A DNA stretch of 64,000 nucleotides, taken from NCBI GenBank assembly GCA_964057225.1, contig CAXKVF010000102.1, forward strand, positions 203-64,202, in the 5' to 3' direction. Origin of the DNA: Auanema rhodensis (taxonomy: Eukaryota; Animalia; Nematoda). Positions 1 through 10,500 of this stretch are shown piece by piece; within the stretch, counting starts at the first letter, position 1, and each line of letters opens with the position of its first letter. The notes under the pieces were generated by a model, which was given only the letters and a program-made list of their open reading frames with translations, ran no database searches and was not told the DNA's origin. The translations under genes and the position numbers were made by a program.

Positions 1-176
1 AGATACGGTTTTCAAAATTAGATTCCCCATGTCCATATTAGTCTAAAAACCAATTTTTATTGATATTGGTGCATGGTAACCATGACTTTGAAATTTACGT
101 GAACTTTAATTTATGCTAATTAAATGTACACGTGATGTGCACTTGGTATGTAACTCGCTTCACGTGAAAGATAAAG
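1..176 (+). repeat. Representative monomer (type A, carrying the G5A variant)
   Basis: First full period. A hand count of the consensus gives 56/176 G+C (26 C, 30 G). Confidence 0.97.
159..168. other. Perfect 10-bp palindrome TTCACGTGAA with a CACGTG (E-box/G-box) core, present in nearly all monomers
   Basis: Read directly; self-reverse-complementary. A second CACGTG lies at pos 129-134 and TACGTG at pos 96-101. Confidence 0.9.
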
Positions 177-774
177 AGATGCGGTTTTCAAAATTAGATT
201 CCCCATGTCCATATTAGTCTAAAAACAAATTTTTATTGATATTGGTTCATGGTAAACATGACTTTGAAATTTACGTGAACTTTAATTTATGCTAATTAAA
301 TGTACACGTGATGTGCACTTGGTATGTAACTCGCTTCACGTGAAAGATAAAGAGATGCGGTTTTCAAAATTAGATTCCCCATGTCCATATTAGTCTAAAA
401 ACAAATTTTTATTGATATTGGTTCATGGTAAACATGACTTTGAAATTTACGTGAACTTTAATTTATGCTAATTAAATGTACACGTGATGTGCACTTGGTA
501 TGTAACTCGCTTCACGTGAAAGATAAAGAGATGCGGTTTTCAAAATTAGATTCCCCATGTCCATATTAGTCTAAAAACCAATTTTTATTGATATTGGTGC
601 ATGGTAACCATGACTTTGAAATTTACGTGAACTTTAATTTATGCTAATTAAATGTACACGTGATGTGCACTTGGTATGTAACTCGCTTCACGTGAAAGAT
701 AAAGAGATGCGGTTTTCAAAATTAGATTCCCCATGTCCATATTAGTCTAAAAACAAATTTTTATTGATATTGGT

Positions 775-789
775 TCATGGTAACCATGA
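775..789. other. Dyad TCATGGT-A-ACCATGA at monomer pos 71-85 (example in a type B monomer); contains BstEII site GGTAACC
   Basis: Perfect 7-bp arms in type B monomers, 6-bp arms in types A/D (G71), and an internal mismatch in type C (A80). Confidence 0.9.
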
Positions 790-880
790 CTTTGAAATTT
801 ACGTGAACTTTAATTTATGCTAATTAAATGTACACGTGATGTGCACTTGGTATGTAACTCGCTTCACGTGAAAGATAAAG

Positions 881-3800
881 AGATGCGGTTTTCAAAATTA
901 GATTCCCCATGTCCATATTAGTCTAAAAACCAATTTTTATTGATATTGGTGCATGGTAACCATGACTTTGAAATTTACGTGAACTTTAATTTATGCTAAT
1001 TAAATGTACACGTGATGTGCACTTGGTATGTAACTCGCTTCACGTGAAAGATAAAGAGATGCGGTTTTCAAAATTAGATTCCCCATGTCCATATTAGTCT
1101 AAAAACAAATTTTTATTGATATCGGTTCATGGTAACCATGACTTTGAAATTTACGTGAACTTTAATTTATGCTAATTAAATGTACACGTGATGTGCACTT
1201 GGTATGTAACTCGCTTCACGTGAAAGATAAAGAGATGCGGTTTTCAAAATTAGATTCCCCATGTCCATATTAGTCTAAAAACAAATTTTTATTGATATTG
1301 GTTCATGGTAACCATGACTTTGAAATTTACGTGAACTTTAATTTATGCTAATTAAATGTACACGTGATGTGCACTTGGTATGTAACTCGCTTCACGTGAA
1401 AGATAAAGAGATGCGGTTTTCAAAATTAGATTCCCCATGTCCATATTAGTCTAAAAACAAATTTTTATTGATATTGGTTCATGGTAACCATGACTTTGAA
1501 ATTTACGTGAACTTTAATTTATGCTAATTAAATGTACACGTGATGTGCACTTGGTATGTAACTCGCTTCACGTGAAAGATAAAGAGATGCGGTTTTCAAA
1601 ATTAGATTCCCCATGTCCATATTAGTCTAAAAACAAATTTTTATTGATATTGGTTCATGGTAAACATGACTTTGAAATTTACGTGAACTTTAATTTATGC
1701 TAATTAAATGTACACGTGATGTGCACTTGGTATGTAACTCGCTTCACGTGAAAGATAAAGAGATGCGGTTTTTAAAATTAGATTCTCCATGTCCATATTA
1801 GTCTAAAAACAAATTTTTATTGATATTGGTTCATGGTAAACATGACTTTGAAATTTACGTGAACTTTAATTTATGCTAATTAAATGTACACGTGATGTGC
1901 ACTTGGTATGTAACTCGCTTCACGTGAAAGATAAAGAGATGCGGTTTTCAAAATTAGATTCCCCATGTCCATATTAGTCTAAAAACAAATTTTTATTGAT
2001 ATTGGTTCATGGTAAACATGACTTTGAAATTTACGTGAACTTTAATTTATGCTAATTAAATGTACACGTGATGTGCACTTGGTATGTAACTCGCTTCACG
2101 TGAAAGATAAAGAGATGCGGTTTTCAAAATTAGATTCCCCATGTCCATATTAGTCTAAAAACAAATTTTTATTGATATTGGTTCATGGTAAACATGACTT
2201 TGAAATTTACGTGAACTTTAATTTATGCTAATTAAATGTACACGTGATGTGCACTTGGTATGTAACTCGCTTCACGTGAAAGATAAAGAGATGCGGTTTT
2301 CAAAATTAGATTCCCCATGTCCATATTAGTCTAAAAACCAATTTTTATTGATATTGGTGCATGGTAACCATGACTTTGAAATTTACGTGAACTTTAATTT
2401 ATGCTAATTAAATGTACACGTGATGTGCACTTGGTATGTAACTCGCTTCACGTGAAAGATAAAGAGATGCGGTTTTCAAAATTAGATTCCCCATGTCCAT
2501 ATTAGTCTAAAAACAAATTTTTATTGATATTGGTTCATGGTAAACATGACTTTGAAATTTACGTGAACTTTAATTTATGCTAATTAAATGTACACGTGAT
2601 GTGCACTTGGTATGTAACTCGCTTCACGTGAAAGATAAAGAGATGCGGTTTTCAAAATTAGATTCCCCATGTCCATATTAGTCTAAAAACCAATTTTTAT
2701 TGATATTGGTGCATGGTAACCATGACTTTGAAATTTACGTGAACTTTAATTTATGCTAATTAAATGTACACGTGATGTGCACTTGGTATGTAACTCGCTT
2801 CACGTGAAAGATAAAGAGATGCGGTTTTCAAAATTAGATTCCCCATGTCCATATTAGTCTAAAAACAAATTTTTATTGATATCGGTTCATGGTAACCATG
2901 ACTTTGAAATTTACGTGAACTTTAATTTATGCTAATTAAATGTACACGTGATGTGCACTTGGTATGTAACTCGCTTCACGTGAAAGATAAAGAGATGCGG
3001 TTTTCAAAATTAGATTCCCCATGTCCATATTAGTCTAAAAACAAATTTTTATTGATATTGGTTCATGGTAACCATGACTTTGAAATTTACGTGAACTTTA
3101 ATTTATGCTAATTAAATGTACACGTGATGTGCACTTGGTATGTAACTCGCTTCACGTGAAAGATAAAGAGATGCGGTTTTCAAAATTAGATTCCCCATGT
3201 CCATATTAGTCTAAAAACAAATTTTTATTGATATTGGTTCATGGTAACCATGACTTTGAAATTTACGTGAACTTTAATTTATGCTAATTAAATGTACACG
3301 TGATGTGCACTTGGTATGTAACTCGCTTCACGTGAAAGATAAAGAGATGCGGTTTTCAAAATTAGATTCCCCATGTCCATATTAGTCTAAAAACAAATTT
3401 TTATTGATATTGGTTCATGGTAAACATGACTTTGAAATTTACGTGAACTTTAATTTATGCTAATTAAATGTACACGTGATGTGCACTTGGTATGTAACTC
3501 GCTTCACGTGAAAGATAAAGAGATGCGGTTTTTAAAATTAGATTCTCCATGTCCATATTAGTCTAAAAACAAATTTTTATTGATATTGGTTCATGGTAAA
3601 CATGACTTTGAAATTTACGTGAACTTTAATTTATGCTAATTAAATGTACACGTGATGTGCACTTGGTATGTAACTCGCTTCACGTGAAAGATAAAGAGAT
3701 GCGGTTTTCAAAATTAGATTCCCCATGTCCATATTAGTCTAAAAACAAATTTTTATTGATATTGGTTCATGGTAAACATGACTTTGAAATTTACGTGAAC

Positions 3801-4224
3801 TTTAATTTATGCTAATTAAATGTACACGTGATGTGCACTTGGTATGTAACTCGCTTCACGTGAAAGATAAAGAGATGCGGTTTTCAAAATTAGATTCCCC
3901 ATGTCCATATTAGTCTAAAAACAAATTTTTATTGATATTGGTTCATGGTAAACATGACTTTGAAATTTACGTGAACTTTAATTTATGCTAATTAAATGTA
4001 CACGTGATGTGCACTTGGTATGTAACTCGCTTCACGTGAAAGATAAAGAGATGCGGTTTTCAAAATTAGATTCCCCATGTCCATATTAGTCTAAAAACCA
4101 ATTTTTATTGATATTGGTGCATGGTAACCATGACTTTGAAATTTACGTGAACTTTAATTTATGCTAATTAAATGTACACGTGATGTGCACTTGGTATGTA
4201 ACTCGCTTCACGTGAAAGATAAAG
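881..4224 (+). repeat. Tandem 10-monomer (1760-bp) higher-order duplication
   Basis: Private variant T67C occurs only at 1123 and 2883, 1760 bp apart. The monomer-type order of 881-2464 equals that of 2641-4224, including the C13T+C26T monomers at 1761 and 3521. Confidence 0.9.
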
Positions 4225-6864
4225 AGATGCGGTTTTCAAAATTAGATTCCCCATGTCCATATTAGTCTAAAAACCAATTTTTATTGATATTGGTGCATGG
4301 TAACCATGACTTTGAAATTTACGTGAACTTTAATTTATGCTAATTAAATGTACACGTGATGTGCACTTGGTATGTAACTCGCTTCACGTGAAAGATAAAG
4401 AGATGCGGTTTTCAAAATTAGATTCCCCATGTCCATATTAGTCTAAAAACAAATTTTTATTGATATGGGTTCATGGTAACCATGACTTTGAAATTTACGT
4501 GAACTTTAATTTATGCTAATTAAATGTACACGTGATGTGCACTTGGTATGTAACTCGCTTCACGTGAAAGATAAAGAGATGCGGTTTTCAAAATTAGATT
4601 CCCCATGTCCATATTAGTCTAAAAACAAATTTTTATTGATATTGGTTCATGGTAACCATGACTTTGAAATTTACGTGAACTTTAATTTATGCTAATTAAA
4701 TGTACACGTGATGTGCACTTGGTATGTAACTCGCTTCACGTGAAAGATAAAGAGATGCGGTTTTCAAAATTAGATTCCCCATGTCCATATTAGTCTAAAA
4801 ACAAATTTTTATTGATATTGGTTCATGGTAACCATGACTTTGAAATTTACGTGAACTTTAATTTATGCTAATTAAATGTACACGTGATGTGCACTTGGTA
4901 TGTAACTCGCTTCACGTGAAAGATAAAGAGATGCGGTTTTCAAAATTAGATTCCCCATGTCCATATTAGTCTAAAAACAAATTTTTATTGATATTGGTTC
5001 ATGGTAAACATGACTTTGAAATTTACGTGAACTTTAATTTATGCTAATTAAATGTACACGTGATGTGCACTTGGTATGTAACTCGCTTCACGTGAAAGAT
5101 AAAGAGATGCGGTTTTTAAAATTAGATTCTCCATGTCCATATTAGTCTAAAAACCAATTTTTATTGATATTGGTGCATGGTAACCATGACTTTGAAATTT
5201 ACGTGAACTTTAATTTATGCTAATTAAATGTACATGTGATGTGCACTTGGTATGTAACTCGCTTCACGTGAAAGATAAAGAGATGCGGTTTTCAAAATTA
5301 GATTCCCCATGTCCATATTAGTCTAAAAACCAATTTTTATTGATATTGGTGCATGGTAACCATGACTTTGAAATTTACGTGAACTTTAATTTATGCTAAT
5401 TAAATGTACACGTGATGTGCCCTTGGTATGTAACTCGCTTCACGTGAAAGATAAAGAGATACGGTTTTCAAAATTAGATTCCCCATGTCCATATTAGTCT
5501 AAAAACCAATTTTTATTGATATTGGTGCATGGTAACCATGACTTTGAAATTTACGTGAACTTTAATTTATGCTAATTAAATGTACACGTGATGTGCACTT
5601 GGTATGTAACTCGCTTCACGTGAAAGATAAAGAGATGCGGTTTTCAAAATTAGATTCCCCATGTCCATATTAGTCTAAAAACAAATTTTTATTGATATTG
5701 GTTCATGGTAAACATGACTTTGAAATTTACGTGAACTTTAATTTATGCTAATTAAATGTACACGTGATGTGCCCTTGGTATGTAACTCGCTTCACGTGAA
5801 AGATAAAGAGATACGGTTTTCAAAATTAGATTCCCCATGTCCATATTAGTCTAAAAACCAATTTTTATTGATATTGGTGCATGGTAACCATGACTTTGAA
5901 ATTTACGTGAACTTTAATTTATGCTAATTAAATGTACACGTGATGTGCACTTGGTATGTAACTCGCTTCACGTGAAAGATAAAGAGATGCGGTTTTCAAA
6001 ATTAGATTCCCCATGTCCATATTAGTCTAAAAACAAATTTTTATTGATATGGGTTCATGGTAACCATGACTTTGAAATTTACGTGAACTTTAATTTATGC
6101 TAATTAAATGTACACGTGATGTGCACTTGGTATGTAACTCGCTTCACGTGAAAGATAAAGAGATGCGGTTTTCAAAATTAGATTCCCCATGTCCATATTA
6201 GTCTAAAAACAAATTTTTATTGATATTGGTTCATGGTAACCATGACTTTGAAATTTACGTGAACTTTAATTTATGCTAATTAAATGTACACGTGATGTGC
6301 ACTTGGTATGTAACTCGCTTCACGTGAAAGATAAAGAGATGCGGTTTTCAAAATTAGATTCCCCATGTCCATATTAGTCTAAAAACAAATTTTTATTGAT
6401 ATTGGTTCATGGTAACCATGACTTTGAAATTTACGTGAACTTTAATTTATGCTAATTAAATGTACACGTGATGTGCACTTGGTATGTAACTCGCTTCACG
6501 TGAAAGATAAAGAGATGCGGTTTTCAAAATTAGATTCCCCATGTCCATATTAGTCTAAAAACAAATTTTTATTGATATTGGTTCATGGTAAACATGACTT
6601 TGAAATTTACGTGAACTTTAATTTATGCTAATTAAATGTACACGTGATGTGCACTTGGTATGTAACTCGCTTCACGTGAAAGATAAAGAGATGCGGTTTT
6701 TAAAATTAGATTCTCCATGTCCATATTAGTCTAAAAACCAATTTTTATTGATATTGGTGCATGGTAACCATGACTTTGAAATTTACGTGAACTTTAATTT
6801 ATGCTAATTAAATGTACATGTGATGTGCACTTGGTATGTAACTCGCTTCACGTGAAAGATAAAG

Positions 6865-7568
6865 AGATGCTGTTTTCAAAATTAGATTCCCCATGTCCAT
6901 ATTAGTCTAAAAACCAATTTTTATTGATATTGGTGCATGGTAACCATGACTTTGAAATTTACGTGAACTTTAATTTATGCTAATTAAATGTACACGTGAT
7001 GTGCCCTTGGTATGTAACTCGCTTCACGTGAAAGATAAAGAGATACGGTTTTCAAAATTAGATTCCCCATGTCCATATTAGTCTAAAAACCAATTTTTAT
7101 TGATATTGGTGCATGGTAACCATGACTTTGAAATTTACGTGAACTTTAATTTATGCTAATTAAATGTACACGTGATGTGCACTTGGTATGTAACTCGCTT
7201 CACGTGAAAGATAAAGAGATGCTGTTTTCAAAATTAGATTCCCCATGTCCATATTAGTCTAAAAACCAATTTTTATTGATATTGGTGCATGGTAACCATG
7301 ACTTTGAAATTTACGTGAACTTTAATTTATGCTAATTAAATGTACACGTGATGTGCCCTTGGTATGTAACTCGCTTCACGTGAAAGATAAAGAGATACGG
7401 TTTTCAAAATTAGATTCCCCATGTCCATATTAGTCTAAAAACCAATTTTTATTGATATTGGTGCATGGTAACCATGACTTTGAAATTTACGTGAACTTTA
7501 ATTTATGCTAATTAAATGTACACGTGATGTGCACTTGGTATGTAACTCGCTTCACGTGAAAGATAAAG
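6865..7568 (+). repeat. Tandem dimer duplication (2 x 352 bp)
   Basis: The [G7T, A141C] monomer followed by the [G5A] monomer occurs twice; G7T is seen only at 6871 and 7223. Confidence 0.85.
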
Positions 7569-10500
7569 AGATGCGGTTTTCAAAATTAGATTCCCCATGT
7601 CCATATTAGTCTAAAAACAAATTTTTATTGATATTGGTTCATGGTAAACATGACTTTGAAATTTACGTGAACTTTAATTTATGCTAATTAAATGTACACG
7701 TGATGTGCACTTGGTATGTAACTCGCTTCACGTGAAAGATAAAGAGATGCGGTTTTCAAAATTAGATTCCCCATGTCCATATTAGTCTAAAAACAAATTT
7801 TTATTGATATTGGTTCATGGTAAACATGACTTTGAAATTTACGTGAACTTTAATTTATGCTAATTAAATGTACACGTGATGTGCACTTGGTATGTAACTC
7901 GCTTCACGTGAAAGATAAAGAGATGCGGTTTTCAAAATTAGATTCCCCATGTCCATATTAGTCTAAAAACCAATTTTTATTGATATTGGTGCATGGTAAC
8001 CATGACTTTGAAATTTACGTGAACTTTAATTTATGCTAATTAAATGTACACGTGATGTGCACTTGGTATGTAACTCGCTTCACGTGAAAGATAAAGAGAT
8101 GCGGTTTTCAAAATTAGATTCCCCATGTCCATATTAGTCTAAAAACAAATTTTTATTGATATTGGTTCATGGTAACCATGACTTTGAAATTTACGTGAAC
8201 TTTAATTTATGCTAATTAAATGTACACGTGATGTGCACTTGGTATGTAACTCGCTTCACGTGAAAGATAAAGAGATGCGGTTTTCAAAATTAGATTCCCC
8301 ATGTCCATATTAGTCTAAAAACCAATTTTTATTGATATTGGTGCATGGTAACCATGACTTTGAAATTTACGTGAACTTTAATTTATGCTAATTAAATGTA
8401 CACGTGATGTGCACTTGGTATGTAACTCGCTTCACGTGAAAGATAAAGAGATGCGGTTTTCAAAATTAGATTCCCCATGTCCATATTAGTCTAAAAACAA
8501 ATTTTTATTGATATGGGTTCATGGTAACCATGACTTTGAAATTTACGTGAACTTTAATTTATGCTAATTAAATGTACACGTGATGTGCACTTGGTATGTA
8601 ACTCGCTTCACGTGAAAGATAAAGAGATGCGGTTTTCAAAATTAGATTCCCCATGTCCATATTAGTCTAAAAACAAATTTTTATTGATATTGGTTCATGG
8701 TAACCATGACTTTGAAATTTACGTGAACTTTAATTTATGCTAATTAAATGTACACGTGATGTGCACTTGGTATGTAACTCGCTTCACGTGAAAGATAAAG
8801 AGATGCGGTTTTCAAAATTAGATTCCCCATGTCCATATTAGTCTAAAAACAAATTTTTATTGATATTGGTTCATGGTAAACATGACTTTGAAATTTACGT
8901 GAACTTTAATTTATGCTAATTAAATGTACACGTGATGTGCACTTGGTATGTAACTCGCTTCACGTGAAAGATAAAGAGATGCGGTTTTTAAAATTAGATT
9001 CTCCATGTCCATATTAGTCTAAAAACCAATTTTTATTGATATTGGTGCATGGTAACCATGACTTTGAAATTTACGTGAACTTTAATTTATGCTAATTAAA
9101 TGTACATGTGATGTGCACTTGGTATGTAACTCGCTTCACGTGAAAGATAAAGAGATGCGGTTTTCAAAATTAGATTCCCCATGTCCATATTAGTCTAAAA
9201 ACCAATTTTTATTGATATTGGTGCATGGTAACCATGACTTTGAAATTTACGTGAACTTTAATTTATGCTAATTAAATGTACACGTGATGTGCCCTTGGTA
9301 TGTAACTCGCTTCACGTGAAAGATAAAGAGATACGGTTTTCAAAATTAGATTCCCCATGTCCATATTAGTCTAAAAACCAATTTTTATTGATATTGGTGC
9401 ATGGTAACCATGACTTTGAAATTTACGTGAACTTTAATTTATGCTAATTAAATGTACACGTGATGTGCACTTGGTATGTAACTCGCTTCACGTGAAAGAT
9501 AAAGAGATGCGGTTTTCAAAATTAGATTCCCCATGTCCATATTAGTCTAAAAACAAATTTTTATTGATATTGGTTCATGGTAAACATGACTTTGAAATTT
9601 ACGTGAACTTTAATTTATGCTAATTAAATGTACACGTGATGTGCACTTGGTATGTAACTCGCTTCACGTGAAAGATAAAGAGATGCGGTTTTCAAAATTA
9701 GATTCCCCATGTCCATATTAGTCTAAAAACAAATTTTTATTGATATTGGTTCATGGTAAACATGACTTTGAAATTTACGTGAACTTTAATTTATGCTAAT
9801 TAAATGTACACGTGATGTGCACTTGGTATGTAACTCGCTTCACGTGAAAGATAAAGAGATGCGGTTTTCAAAATTAGATTCCCCATGTCCATATTAGTCT
9901 AAAAACCAATTTTTATTGATATTGGTGCATGGTAACCATGACTTTGAAATTTACGTGAACTTTAATTTATGCTAATTAAATGTACACGTGATGTGCACTT
10001 GGTATGTAACTCGCTTCACGTGAAAGATAAAGAGATGCGGTTTTCAAAATTAGATTCCCCATGTCCATATTAGTCTAAAAACCAATTTTTATTGATATTG
10101 GTGCATGGTAACCATGACTTTGAAATTTACGTGAACTTTAATTTATGCTAATTAAATGTACACGTGATGTGCACTTGGTATGTAACTCGCTTCACGTGAA
10201 AGATAAAGAGATGCGGTTTTCAAAATTAGATTCCCCATGTCCATATTAGTCTAAAAACAAATTTTTATTGATATGGGTTCATGGTAAACATGACTTTGAA
10301 ATTTACGTGAACTTTAATTTATGCTAATTAAATGTACACGTGATGTGCACTTGGTATGTAACTCGCTTCACGTGAAAGATAAAGAGATGCGGTTTTTAAA
10401 ATTAGATTCTCCATGTCCATATTAGTCTAAAAACCAATTTTTATTGATATTGGTGCATGGTAACCATGACTTTGAAATTTACGTGAACTTTAATTTATGC

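Noticed and set aside
114-151. Splice and polyadenylation-like motifs (TGCTAAT branch-like, ATTAAA, GGTATGT or variant GGTAAGT donor-like)
   Set aside because: Short motifs expected by chance in AT-rich DNA, with no polypyrimidine tract/AG at a suitable distance and no transcript evidence.
153-169. CENP-B box-like motif (actcgcttcacgtgaaa)
   Set aside because: Only 5 of the 9 essential positions of NTTCGNNNNANNCGGGN match.
1-176. Identity with known satellites of similar length (Brassica CentBr, Arabidopsis CEN178, primate alpha satellite, honeybee AluI repeat)
   Set aside because: Only the length is similar. I see no recognisable sequence match from memory, and the monomer lacks AAGCTT and AGCT sites; a database search is needed.
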